Below, one piece after another: positions 47,101-56,353 of a stretch of DNA of 64,000 bases. The stretch is taken from assembly GCA_965247115.1 (NCBI GenBank), contig CBDFGR010000002.1, positions 1,888,001 through 1,952,000 of the forward strand, written 5' to 3'. The stretch's first letter is position 1. Each line of letters starts with the position of its first letter. A program made the translations under genes and the position numbers. The notes beneath the pieces are model-generated. The model ran no database searches and was not told where the DNA came from. It saw nothing but the letters and a program-made list of their open reading frames with translations. This DNA comes from Myxococcota bacterium. Its GTDB lineage: Bacteria; Myxococcota_A; UBA9160; SZUA-336.

Positions 47101-47571
47101 GCTGCGGTCGAGGCGCTAGAGCGTGGCCTCGCGATCTGCAGGGACGAGGGGTTGTTGATGGATGCAGAGGTGGCGACCCTCTACGACCTCGTCCGTGCCC
47201 GGCTGAGCCTCGGTGATGTCGCCGCCGCCAGGGAGGCGGTGCAGGAGGCTCTGGGCTGGGCTGAGCGCACCCACGACCTCGGCCACAGGATCCGGGCCAG
47301 GCTCGCCGAGGCCATGGTCGCCTTGCGCGACGAGGCTGGTCGGGGCGAGGCGGAGGCGGCGCTCGCCGAGGTAGAAGATCTGATCGGCCAAACGGGCAGC
47401 TACCTCTGGGCTCCCACCGCTCTCGAGATCCGAGCCGAGCTCGCGAGCGCGACAGGCAAGGCTGCAGCGCGCGACGCTGCGCTGAAGGAGGCGCAGCGCC
47501 TCTACGCCGAGCGCGGCGCGACGGGGCACGCTGAGCGCATTGCTAGACAGCTGGCCGCTGGAGCGGAGTGA
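44188..47571 (+). CDS. Double zinc ribbon - class III cyclase - AAA/STAND NTPase - TPR protein
   Basis: Four CxxC at the N-terminus, LFADVKGS, YTGDGIMALFG, Walker A GAAGLGKS, Walker B WDDVHW, QGNPFF, YAFKHPL, TPR-like tail. Confidence 0.9.
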   Translation: MNCPSCAIENRDGIRFCVSCGAALAWTCAGCGAVADPEDQFCGACGRPRQAEPTADVAPERDPRSYTPKHLAEKILGTRSALEGERKQVTVLFADVKGSMELAAQVDPEEWHAILDHFFQILADGVHRFEGTVNQYTGDGIMALFGAPIAHEDHAQRACYAALWLRDELRPYADELRRTRGLNFSVRMGLNSGEVIVGKIGDDLRMDYTAQGHTVGLAQRIEQLASAESCYLTEATARLVRSFFDLHALGGFEIKGNVEPVPVFELAGVGGSRTRLEDSEARGFSRFVGREVEMESLDEVLAEALEGRGRVLGVVGAAGLGKSRLCVEFLMQCREVDRDVHRTYCPSHASALPFVAVRELLRGIFSISEADSEEDARKKIAGTLVLLGDASPESLPYAFDFLGVGDPANPPPALDPAERRRSLFAFLTHIVRAKSERSGMVLFWDDVHWIDPGSNDALAHLVDAVQDTRTLLLLNYRPEYAPRWMGESHVARVELDPLGREALTALLDDLLGNDASLGDLREQIMERTQGNPFFTEEVVQTLVESDALVGARGAYRPGGPVETLEIPATVQPIIAARIDRLGDTEKRVLQIAAVIGKQFPEPLLNRISALPESDFAAALIALQDGEFLRVEKLFPEVEYAFKHPLTQEVAYDTQLQSTRSRTHAAVARALTKLDREKLGERASLIAFHFERANKPVDAAHWHLRSVEWLSGHDLDSTVRAFERAREQATRGADRRASSLQLAACIGLIGPLTAQDRPEPELRGIFEEGCTLAQELDDRAALLALYVLQGIHAQRSGDLEEHERLLAEARRIAPEDDATSRFVLALQSGLSRSKRGEVRAALKDFDSVADLDLPTIEGGGGSAAVGALTLRAAYAEYFVIRGGTLIQLGRYDEAERALDRGAELGKQHRLAAAEIDALSTRANLAKARGDVQAALQIGSELVERTGRLGSPLWAGVAQARMGSAHLLAGDPRAAVEALERGLAICRDEGLLMDAEVATLYDLVRARLSLGDVAAAREAVQEALGWAERTHDLGHRIRARLAEAMVALRDEAGRGEAEAALAEVEDLIGQTGSYLWAPTALEIRAELASATGKAAARDAALKEAQRLYAERGATGHAERIARQLAAGAE

Positions 47572-47619
47572 GCGAGGAGGCTAGCGGTAGATACGGACAC
47601 GCTCCCGCGGCACCCAGAC

Positions 47620-49851
47620 TCAGTTCGTGCTGGCCGAGGGATCGACCACCGCACCGGCGAAGTCGACGTAGATCGGTGACGACCAGGCCCGCTCCTCGTT
47701 CTCCGCCAGGCAATCCTCCTCGTAGGGAACGTGGACACAGGGCTCGATCTCGATGCAGCGTCCCACGTCGTCGTACTCACAGCGCAGGTTCGCCGCGTTC
47801 ACTGCAGGGCTCGGCTCCTCGATGGCCCGTACGTAGTAAACGGCGTCACGCTTGGTCTCGGTGAAGTCGGGATCGGAGAACTCGATCATGCAGCCAGCGG
47901 GATCGGGTTCGCAGCTGTAGATGCGCCAGGGGTCCTCGATCAGCTCGCGGACGGGCTCGCCCGGCGTGGCCTGGGGTCGGATGCGCACCACCTCGATGCG
48001 GTTGATCAACCTCCGGCTGTCGCCGGGGTTGTAGCACTCCCCGCGACAGAGATGCTCGAGTCGCTCGGGGCGCAGCGCAGCGACGGAGTATTCTGGACAG
48101 CCCGGCTGCTGCTCGAGGGATCCGACGGCCCGCGCGCGAAAGCGGGGAGTGTCGCTCGTCGTGATCTCACTTCCCATCGGAAGGGACTCGTCGCCCACGG
48201 CGTTCAAGAGGTCAAACCAGAGCAGGATGCGTGGGCCGCTGCTGCCATAGACCTCGTTTCGACGCAGGGCGTCCCACACTGCCTCACGACTGCGGCCCTC
48301 TGAGTGTGCTGCGACGAGCCCGCCCGTGAGAAAGAAGGAGCTTCCGCGCTCAAGCTCGACGCGCTGGAAGAAGCCCGTCTTCCTGTCGTCAGCATCTCTC
48401 TTCCGCTGAGACTTCGCGTCGCGCGCGTCGGGGTCCTGCCCCGAGCGCGCAACGCTGCTCGCCTCGGTCATCTCGCGGCGGTTGAACTCCTTGAAGCCGG
48501 TGCCGGGTCGGGCGGTGTGGCTGTCGCTCGAGCTCATCAGGCCAAAGCGGAAGCGCAGCGGGCGTTCCGGGTTCTCGAAGCTCGTTCTCGCCAGCATGTA
48601 CTGGACGGAGCTGCGCGGGCGAAAGTTGAAGGCCGGGAGGAAGCAGTCCTTGCATTGGCCCGCGTCGAGCCACTCCTCGATCGGCGCGCCGGGGACGGTC
48701 TTCCAGCCCTGGATGCCGGCGTCGACATAGTTCTGGCGCGCCTCGACCGCGCGCGCTTCGCAGTTCGGATCCCCCGCGGCCTCGCAGCGCGACCGGATGA
48801 TCTCACCCGCTCGCCAGCACGACGGGAGGTAGCTCTCGGATGGCTCGGGGCAAGACCGGCGCCCACTCTCGTCGAACTCGACGGCGCGCCAGTCCCTGTA
48901 CTCCTCGGAGTTTCCATGGCCCGAGAACACCTCGATCATGCTCTGGCGCTCCGCGTCGTGCATGGAAGAGCTGAGTTGCTTGTCCCAGCTCGACCCTGGC
49001 GGCGTGTAGTAGCCCCAGGCTGTGCCGTGAGGGATGACAAGGGCCTCTGAGCCCCAGTCGTCGAGCTTCGCGAAGAGGTCGGCCGGCGTCTCGGCCACCT
49101 CCTGACAGGTTCTCGGCAGCTCGCGGACGGGCACTCCGTCGGGGCAGCGCTCGCGATTGGCGAGCTCGCTGAAGTACGTTGCCGCATCGAGGTAGGCGCG
49201 ATCACGCGCCATGAGCGCGGGGATGATCAGCAGGGGAACGTTCTCGGCGAGGGGAACCCCCGTGGCGATGCCTCCGGCGGCGATAGGACGTGTCGGCACT
49301 TGATCCTGGCCGAGGTCGCGCAGCACCACGTTCTTGTGTCCATAGTGATCCTCCGGCGTGAAACCCATCTGTGTCCACTCCCAGCCCAGGAAGGCGACGA
49401 CATCGGGGTCCGCCGGGTCCCCGGCGACCGCGTTGCACTGGCGAATGGCATCGATCGTCTCCTGCCAGTGCTCCGCAGTCAGCCCGGCCGCGTGATCATT
49501 AATGGACCAGAAGTCGAGGGCCGAGCAGTAGCGCGCGAAGTCGCAGGCGTCGGCGGGCGGATGGGCTCCCTCACCTTGCACCAGCGGAAGACTCTGCTGA
49601 AACGCGTCTGGTGAGAACGTGGTGTGTACATGGAGGTCGCCGAACAGGATCTGTTTGGGCTCTGCAACACCCACGAAGGCCGCCGAGGCGCGCTGAAACG
49701 AGCTTCGCGCTTCGAGCAGCTCCCTGGGGATGGGCACCTCGGTGAGCTCTCCCGGGCCTTGATGCGTGCCCAGCCTGCCGCTCTGCACGAGCCAGAGCGC
49801 CATCCCGGCCAGGCTGAGCAGCAGTAGGAGCAGGACGACGAGTGCGCGCAT
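47620..49851 (-). CDS. DUF3604 family protein (PHP-like metal-binding)
   Basis: FGDLHVHT, DFWSINDH, GWEWT, IPHG, SSDSH, YYVRAIE, ERAWSSPI. Confidence 0.85.
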   Translation of the reverse strand: MRALVVLLLLLLSLAGMALWLVQSGRLGTHQGPGELTEVPIPRELLEARSSFQRASAAFVGVAEPKQILFGDLHVHTTFSPDAFQQSLPLVQGEGAHPPADACDFARYCSALDFWSINDHAAGLTAEHWQETIDAIRQCNAVAGDPADPDVVAFLGWEWTQMGFTPEDHYGHKNVVLRDLGQDQVPTRPIAAGGIATGVPLAENVPLLIIPALMARDRAYLDAATYFSELANRERCPDGVPVRELPRTCQEVAETPADLFAKLDDWGSEALVIPHGTAWGYYTPPGSSWDKQLSSSMHDAERQSMIEVFSGHGNSEEYRDWRAVEFDESGRRSCPEPSESYLPSCWRAGEIIRSRCEAAGDPNCEARAVEARQNYVDAGIQGWKTVPGAPIEEWLDAGQCKDCFLPAFNFRPRSSVQYMLARTSFENPERPLRFRFGLMSSSDSHTARPGTGFKEFNRREMTEASSVARSGQDPDARDAKSQRKRDADDRKTGFFQRVELERGSSFFLTGGLVAAHSEGRSREAVWDALRRNEVYGSSGPRILLWFDLLNAVGDESLPMGSEITTSDTPRFRARAVGSLEQQPGCPEYSVAALRPERLEHLCRGECYNPGDSRRLINRIEVVRIRPQATPGEPVRELIEDPWRIYSCEPDPAGCMIEFSDPDFTETKRDAVYYVRAIEEPSPAVNAANLRCEYDDVGRCIEIEPCVHVPYEEDCLAENEERAWSSPIYVDFAGAVVDPSASTN

Positions 49852-49967
49852 CAGCTCCGGTCCGTGCAGAGGTGCCCTACCGTGGCCATGGCGTCGGCCA
49901 GTCTACCAGAAGCACCCGTACGGGCCGCCGCTTCTGGTAGCATCGCGGGGTTGTTGGAGGGACCTCG

Positions 49968-51515
49968 GTGAAGACACTGGCCGACGTGATCCGCACCCGA
50001 GCGGGCGAACACCCGGAGCTGCTGGCCATCTGGCATGAGGGTCGAGAGACCAGCTATGCCGAGCTCGATCGCCGTTCCAATCAGGCCGCCAACGCCCTGA
50101 TCGCGGCAGGGGTGCGACCGGGGGATCGCGTTTGCTTTCTCGACAAGGGCCATGATCAGGCGCTGGAGGCCATCCTCGGGCTTGCGAAAGTGGGCGCCGT
50201 ATTCACGCCGGTGAACTACCGACTCGCTCCACCAGAGATGGCCTATGTGATCAACGACGCCGCAGCAACCTTGCTCCTGGTGGGGCAGGAATGCGCGGAG
50301 CAGATCTATCCGATCGAGTCGGAGCTCGGTCAGCTGCGTTCGATCGTGCGCTGGGGAGAGGGCCCGGAGTCCTGGCAGCCGTACCAGAGCTGGCGCGACG
50401 CCCAAGGAGATACGGACCCGCGGCTGGACAAGGCAGAAGAGGACACCGTCTGGCAGCTCTACACGAGTGGCACCACCGGGCGACCGAAGGGCGCGGAGCT
50501 CACGAACGCGAACCTGTTACACATCTGCGCCGCCAGCCAGAAGGGGTTTGGCGACATCCGGAGGGGCGACGTAGCCTTCGTCTGCATGCCGCTTTACCAC
50601 ATCGGTGGTTCGGGGTATGCGCTCAGCCTGCTCTACAGCGGCGCCTCCATGGTGATCACACGCGACTTCGTTCCGGCGCAGGTTCTGAAGCTGCTGGCAG
50701 AGCGTCGCGTGAAGCACGCGCTATTCGTCCCCGCCATGCTGAGTTTCCTGCTGCAGGCGCCCAGCTGCGCGGGTACTGACTTCTCTCACCTTCAATCCAT
50801 CCTGTATGGCGCTTCGCCCATTCCTCAAGACCTGCTCAGCCGCGCGATCGAGGTCTTTGGCTGTTCGTTCATTCAGGCCTACGGGCTGACCGAGACGACT
50901 GGAGCGGTCACGCTGCTGGCTGCGGAGGACCACGTGCGCGGTGGCGAGAGGCTGCGTTCTTGCGGCCAGCCCATGGAGAATATCGACATCCGGGTCGTGA
51001 ACGCGGAAGGAGCTGGATGTCCGGCGGGCGAGGTCGGCGAAGTCATCATTCGCGGTCCCGCGGTGATGAAGGGCTATTGGAACCGTCCGGAGGCCACGTC
51101 CGAGTCGATCCGCGATGGCTGGTTTCACAGCGGAGATGCGGGCTACTTCGACGAGGATGGCTATCTGTTCATCCACGACCGCGTCAAGGACATGATCGTA
51201 TCAGGCGGCGAGAACATCTATCCTGCGGAGATCGAGAGCCTGCTCTACTCCCATCCGGCCGTTGCCGACGTAGCGGTGATCGGCGTTCCCGACCAGCGCT
51301 GGGGCGAGACTGTGAAGGCGGTCGTGGTGCTGGAGTCCGGCGCCAGCGCCTCTGACGTCGAGATCATGAGCTTCTGCGAGGGGAAGATCGCGGGCTACAA
51401 GCGACCCCGTTCCGTGGACTTTACCAACGAGCTTCCGCGCAACCCGACTGGAAAGATCCTGAAGCGGGAGCTGCGCGAAAAGTACTGGGAAGGACACACC
51501 CGACGCGTGAACTGA
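49968..51515 (+). CDS. Long-chain fatty acid--CoA ligase
   Basis: YTSGTTGRPKG, YGLTE, SGDAG, DRVKDMIVSGGENIYP, PRNPTGK. Confidence 0.93.
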   Translation: MKTLADVIRTRAGEHPELLAIWHEGRETSYAELDRRSNQAANALIAAGVRPGDRVCFLDKGHDQALEAILGLAKVGAVFTPVNYRLAPPEMAYVINDAAATLLLVGQECAEQIYPIESELGQLRSIVRWGEGPESWQPYQSWRDAQGDTDPRLDKAEEDTVWQLYTSGTTGRPKGAELTNANLLHICAASQKGFGDIRRGDVAFVCMPLYHIGGSGYALSLLYSGASMVITRDFVPAQVLKLLAERRVKHALFVPAMLSFLLQAPSCAGTDFSHLQSILYGASPIPQDLLSRAIEVFGCSFIQAYGLTETTGAVTLLAAEDHVRGGERLRSCGQPMENIDIRVVNAEGAGCPAGEVGEVIIRGPAVMKGYWNRPEATSESIRDGWFHSGDAGYFDEDGYLFIHDRVKDMIVSGGENIYPAEIESLLYSHPAVADVAVIGVPDQRWGETVKAVVVLESGASASDVEIMSFCEGKIAGYKRPRSVDFTNELPRNPTGKILKRELREKYWEGHTRRVN

Positions 51516-51551
51516 GATCTGGTGATGGGTGCGGCAGACGAGGAGTACGAC

Positions 51552-52262
51552 GTGTCATCCGTTGAGCTAGGCGAAGACGTTCTGGAGCAGCTCCGCGCCT
51601 TGGATACTCCGACTGTTTGCAACGCGTTGGAGGTTGTTGCGCCCGAGCGCAGGGCAACGGGCTTCACGACAGAGCCGTTGGTCTGTGCCGTGCCCGAGCT
51701 GCCCCCGATCGTGGGCTATGCGCGCACGGTGACGATCCGCGCGAAGGAGCCCTCGGACAGGCCGCGGTCGGACGCTGCGCAGACGCAGCTGACCTACTAC
51801 GAGTACGTCAGCTCGGGCCCGCGCCCGGGCATCTGCGTGATTCAGGATCTGGACGACGGCCACGCGGGTTTTGGTGCGTTCTGGGGAGAAGTACACACGC
51901 ACGTTCATCGGGGGCTGGGTTGTGCGGGCGTCGTGACGAACGGATCCATCCGGGACCTCGATGACCTGGCCGACGGCTTCCAGCTTCTCGCCGGGAGGAT
52001 CGGCCCGTCGCACGCTCACGTGCACGTCGTGGATTTCGGCGTGCAGGTGACCGTCGCCAACATGTGCGTGTCTTCCGGGGACCTCATCCACGCGGACCGT
52101 CACGGCGCCGTCGCGATCCCCCACGAGATCGCAAAGGAGATCCCCGGTGCAGCTGCGCTCATCGGGCGACGCGAGGCCGGCATCATCGAGGCATCGAAGC
52201 GTCCCGACTTTGACCTGACCAAGCTGCGCGAGGCCATGCGGAGGTCCGCCGACATTCACTAA
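51552..52262 (+). CDS. RraA/HMG aldolase-like family protein
   Basis: DTPTVCNALE, AFWGEV, TNGSIRDL, GDLIHADRHG; GAGGAG RBS before GTG51552. Confidence 0.85.
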   Translation: MSSVELGEDVLEQLRALDTPTVCNALEVVAPERRATGFTTEPLVCAVPELPPIVGYARTVTIRAKEPSDRPRSDAAQTQLTYYEYVSSGPRPGICVIQDLDDGHAGFGAFWGEVHTHVHRGLGCAGVVTNGSIRDLDDLADGFQLLAGRIGPSHAHVHVVDFGVQVTVANMCVSSGDLIHADRHGAVAIPHEIAKEIPGAAALIGRREAGIIEASKRPDFDLTKLREAMRRSADIH

Positions 52263-52284
52263 GCTGGAGCAAGGCGCCATCCCA

Positions 52285-53184
52285 TCAGCCGATCCGCCTC
52301 TTGTACTGCTGGACGAAGTCGAAGCTCACGGACTTGGCGTACGCGTCGGAGAGTGCTTTGGTCAGCGGCCCAGGCACGCTGCCGTGTCTGAAACGCCGTC
52401 CGTTGATGCTCTGCACGGGACAGACGCACAGGCTCGTGGACGAGAGAAAGGCCTCGTCGGCGTTGTACGCGTCGAACAGGTCGATGTCCTTCTCGATCAG
52501 CGTCAGGCCGAGCTCCCGGGCCAGCTCCATGACCGTCTGCCGGCTGATACCCGCGAGCACGTACCTCTCCTGCGGCGTGGTAACCACTCCGTTCGAGACC
52601 AAGAAGATGTTGGAGCCGAGCCCCTCTGACAGGTTCCCGTTCGTATCGAGCAGAACGGCCCAGGCATCGTCCTGCGCAGCCTTGACCTCGAGGTCGGCGG
52701 CGATCAGGTTGAGGTAGTTGTGGGTCTTGGCGCGCGGGCTGAGCGACTCGGGGGGAACTCGACGCACCGATGGCACGACGACCTGGATGCCGTCGCGGTA
52801 CAGGTGTGCGCGTGCCGCCAGCGGCAGGGGCGCGCACTCGACGATGACGGTTGGCCCGTCGGGCCCGCCTCGCGAGACGCGCTGCGTCACCCAGTAGTCG
52901 TCGTCGAGTCCGAGCAGAACCAGGTTGCGCTCGACCACCTCCTCGGTGATGCTGGCCAGCTCTGCCGGTTCGAGCCGCGGGTCGAGCTGGAGGTAGCGCA
53001 GGGACCGATAGAAGCGTTCCAGATGCTCCTCGAGCTTGTAGATGCGGTGCCCGAAGGTGCGCGTTGAATCGAAGACAGCGTCACCGAAGATGAAGCCACG
53101 ATCCCGGAACGGCACGAGTACCTCGCTCTCCGCGACGATCTTTCCGTTGAAGTACGCAACACGTTCGTTTTCCGGCTGGGCCAT
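52285..53184 (-). CDS. Aminotransferase class IV (BCAT/D-amino acid aminotransferase/ADC lyase fold)
   Basis: DRGFIFGDAVFD, RAKTHNYLN, EGLGSNIF, LAGISR. Confidence 0.9.
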   Translation of the reverse strand: MAQPENERVAYFNGKIVAESEVLVPFRDRGFIFGDAVFDSTRTFGHRIYKLEEHLERFYRSLRYLQLDPRLEPAELASITEEVVERNLVLLGLDDDYWVTQRVSRGGPDGPTVIVECAPLPLAARAHLYRDGIQVVVPSVRRVPPESLSPRAKTHNYLNLIAADLEVKAAQDDAWAVLLDTNGNLSEGLGSNIFLVSNGVVTTPQERYVLAGISRQTVMELARELGLTLIEKDIDLFDAYNADEAFLSSTSLCVCPVQSINGRRFRHGSVPGPLTKALSDAYAKSVSFDFVQQYKRRIG

Positions 53185-53294
53185 GGGGGAGCCTCCCGTC
53201 TCGCAGAATTTGTACCCAGAGCATACTCCTGGACTCGCCCCTCGGGCAGCCTGGGCCTATACTCGCCGTTGAACCCGGAAGGATCCCCACAGTC

Positions 53295-53801
53295 ATGAAG
53301 GACGGGCTCCAGGAGATCCAGCTCGAGTCGGCTCGGATCGCCGACGCGGCTCGACTGGGAGAGATGTCCCGGGCGCTCGTCGAGCGGGGTCTCGCCTGGC
53401 GCTGGACCCCGCATTCCGTTGCGAGCAAGATCCGCGACCCGGAGTCCGAGGTCGTCGTCGCCCGCAAGCGCGGCAAGATCATCGGCTTTGCCGTGATGCA
53501 GTTCGGCTTCGCCCAGCACGAGGCGCACCTGCTGCTCTTCGCCGTCGTGCCGTCTCAGCGTCGGCGCGGATTGGGGTGTGCGCTGCTTGCCTGGCTCGAG
53601 AAGATCGCGCGACTCGGAGGGATCTCGCTGATCCGCCTGGAACTCCGCGCGAACAACGACGGCGCGCGATCCTTCTATCGCAGTCTTGGCTACGAGGAGG
53701 CAGGCCGCCTGCGCGGCTACTACCAGCGCCGCGAGGACGCGATCCGCATGGTCCTCAACCTGCGCACCCACACCTTTGGGCGCCCTGGTTTGGGCTCATG
53801 A
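53295..53801 (+). CDS. GNAT N-acetyltransferase (RimI-like)
   Basis: AHLLLFAV, QRRRGLG, LELRANN..ARSFY..LGY, RGYYQ..EDA. Confidence 0.85.
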   Translation: MKDGLQEIQLESARIADAARLGEMSRALVERGLAWRWTPHSVASKIRDPESEVVVARKRGKIIGFAVMQFGFAQHEAHLLLFAVVPSQRRRGLGCALLAWLEKIARLGGISLIRLELRANNDGARSFYRSLGYEEAGRLRGYYQRREDAIRMVLNLRTHTFGRPGLGS

Positions 53802-53832
53802 AGGACGCACCCAAGGGCCGCAGATAAGCGCG

Positions 53833-55482
53833 ATGAAAGCGAGTGAGCTGTTCCTGCGCTGTCTCGAGGCAGAGGGTGTCGAGTTCATCTTCGGCATCCC
53901 CGGGGAGGAGAACGCAGACATCATGATGTCGCTCCTCGACTCGCCGATCCGCTTCATCATCTGCCGGCACGAGCAAGGGGCAGCCTTCATGGCCGATCTG
54001 TATGGGCGCATGACGGGAAATCCCGGCGTCTGTCTGGGAACGCTCGGTCCGGGGGCGACGAACCTCGCGACCGGTGTGGCGAATGCCAACATGGACAACT
54101 CGCCGGTCGTCGTGATCACGGGCCAGGGCGCCACGACGCGTCTGCACAAGGAGTCCCATCAGATCATGAACGTCGTGGAGATGTTCCAGCCCATGACGAA
54201 ATGGGCGGCATCGATCTACGACGAGCGGAACATCCCCGAAGTCGTGCGCAAGGCCTTCAAGGTCGCCCGCGCCGAGAAGCCAGGTGCTGTCCACGTCGAG
54301 CTGCCGGAAGACATCGCCAAGAACGAGGTGGACGAGTGTCCCATCGTCCCAGGCCTCAAGGTGCGGCGGCCGATCGCGGACGACAAGTCGATCCTGGGAG
54401 CGCTGGATCTGATCGCCGGCGCGCGCACACCCGTTCTACTCGCCGGCAACGGCTGTGTGCGCACCCGGGTGTCGAAGCAGCTCCTCCGCTTCATCGAGGC
54501 GACCGGAATCCACGCCGCCATGACCTTCATGGGCAAGGGTGCGATTTCGGATCGACACCCCCAGAGCCTGTACGCGGCGGGGCTCGGCGCGCGCGACCAC
54601 GTCTCGCGAGCCTTCGAGGAAGCGGACCTCGTGATCGCGGTCGGCTACGACCTGGTGGAGTGGCATCCCTCGCGCTGGAACGCGGGCATCGACAAGAAGA
54701 TCCTCCATCTCGACTTTCAGCCCGCGGAGGTAGACACGAGCTACCGTCCGGATGTCGAGGTAGTGGGCGATCTGGCCGGCGCGCTCTGGGAGATCAACGA
54801 GCGGCTCGGCACGGAGCACAGAAAGGCGGCCGGTCCCTTCACGTCGGTGCGCGAGGCGCTCTATCAGGAGCTGGAGAAGGACTACGCGGAGGACTCGGGC
54901 TTTCCGCTCAAGCCGCAGCGCATCCTCGCGGATCTTCGCAAGGAGATGGCGGACGACGACATCTTGATCAGCGACGTCGGCGCACACAAGATGTGGATTG
55001 CGCGCCACTACCCGACCTACACGCCCAACTCGTGCATCATCTCGAACGGCTTCTGCTCGATGGCGATTGCGCTACCGGGATCGATCGGCGCGAAGCTCGT
55101 TTACCCCGATCGCAACGTGGTCGGTCTCATGGGCGACGGTGGATTCCTGATGAATGTCCAGGAGCTGGCCACTGCGGCGCAATACAAGGTCGCGAACGTC
55201 GTCATGGTGTGGGAGGACTCCGAGTACGGGCTGATCCGCTGGAAGCAGGAGGCCGAGTTCGGCAAGCACTCTCACATCCACTTCGAGAACCCGGACCTGG
55301 TCGAGCTGTCGCGCGCCTTCGGCTGCTTCTCGCGGCGTGTGAATGCTCCCGCCGAGCTGCGCCCCGCCCTGCGCGAGGCCTTCGCCGTCCGCGACCGTCC
55401 CTCGGTGATCGTCGTTCCCGTAGACTACAGCGAGAACATGAAGCTGACAGAACGCTTGGGCGAGCTCGTCTGCCCCTCCTGA
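53833..55482 (+). CDS. Acetolactate synthase large subunit-like TPP enzyme
   Basis: FGIPGEEN, RHEQGAAFMA, TLGPGATN, GDGGFLMN. Confidence 0.92.
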   Translation: MKASELFLRCLEAEGVEFIFGIPGEENADIMMSLLDSPIRFIICRHEQGAAFMADLYGRMTGNPGVCLGTLGPGATNLATGVANANMDNSPVVVITGQGATTRLHKESHQIMNVVEMFQPMTKWAASIYDERNIPEVVRKAFKVARAEKPGAVHVELPEDIAKNEVDECPIVPGLKVRRPIADDKSILGALDLIAGARTPVLLAGNGCVRTRVSKQLLRFIEATGIHAAMTFMGKGAISDRHPQSLYAAGLGARDHVSRAFEEADLVIAVGYDLVEWHPSRWNAGIDKKILHLDFQPAEVDTSYRPDVEVVGDLAGALWEINERLGTEHRKAAGPFTSVREALYQELEKDYAEDSGFPLKPQRILADLRKEMADDDILISDVGAHKMWIARHYPTYTPNSCIISNGFCSMAIALPGSIGAKLVYPDRNVVGLMGDGGFLMNVQELATAAQYKVANVVMVWEDSEYGLIRWKQEAEFGKHSHIHFENPDLVELSRAFGCFSRRVNAPAELRPALREAFAVRDRPSVIVVPVDYSENMKLTERLGELVCPS

Positions 55483-55519
55483 AGTCGCACTTCCGACCCA
55501 GTATGCTGGCGCAAGCACC

Positions 55520-56329
55520 GTGAGCGTCCATCCCAGCGCCGTCGTTGAGCCCGGGGCGAAGCTAGACCCGGACGTCGAGATCGGTCCACACGCCGTGGTC
55601 TATTCCGGAGCTCGTCTGGGTGGCGGCACGCGCGTTGGTCCGCACTGCACGATCTATGGCGAGGTTTCCCTGGGTGAGCGGAACGTTCTTCATCCTGGTG
55701 CCGCGCTGGGCGGCCCGCCCCAGAGCGTCGGCTTCGATATCCAGCTTCCGAGTCGCGTGGAGATCGGGTCGGGGAACGAGTTCCGGGAGGGGGTGACCGT
55801 CCATCGCAGCGAGCGCGAGAACGGCGTCACCCGGATCGGCAACCACGGTTTCTTCATGGCGAACAGCCACATCGGGCACGACTGCGTGATCGGCAATCGG
55901 GTGATCATGGCGAACAACTCCGGGCTGGGGGGCCACGTGGAGGTCGGGGATCGCGTGTTCATCAGTGCGGACGTGCTGGTGCACCAGTTCACGCGGATCG
56001 GTCGACTTGCATTGATGCAAGGCAAGTCCGGTGTCACCCTGGACTTGCCGCCGTTCACGATCGCGGTGGAAACGAATCGGATCGCCGGCGTGCACGCGGA
56101 GGGCCTGCGGCGAGCCGGCGTGAGTGAGAGCTCGCGCAAGGCGCTACAGCGCGTCTACCGCAAGCTGTTTCTCGGCGGCCGACCGCTTGCCCGGGCCCTC
56201 GAAGAGCTCGGAGACGACGCTCGTGACCCCTACGTTACCGAGCTCGTGGAGTTCATCCGGAGCTCACGCCGCGGCGTGGTCCGCAGGCAGCGGACGCAGC
56301 GCGCGAGCCCAGGCGGGGCCGAGGCCTGA
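55520..56329 (+). CDS. lpxA: Acyl-ACP--UDP-N-acetylglucosamine O-acyltransferase
   Basis: Hexapeptide repeats, GGPPQ, REGVTVHR, SHIGHDC, VHQFTRIG, GLRR. Confidence 0.85.
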   Translation: MSVHPSAVVEPGAKLDPDVEIGPHAVVYSGARLGGGTRVGPHCTIYGEVSLGERNVLHPGAALGGPPQSVGFDIQLPSRVEIGSGNEFREGVTVHRSERENGVTRIGNHGFFMANSHIGHDCVIGNRVIMANNSGLGGHVEVGDRVFISADVLVHQFTRIGRLALMQGKSGVTLDLPPFTIAVETNRIAGVHAEGLRRAGVSESSRKALQRVYRKLFLGGRPLARALEELGDDARDPYVTELVEFIRSSRRGVVRRQRTQRASPGGAEA

Positions 56330-56353
56330 GTCCGTCCGTCCGGGCGGCTCTGG

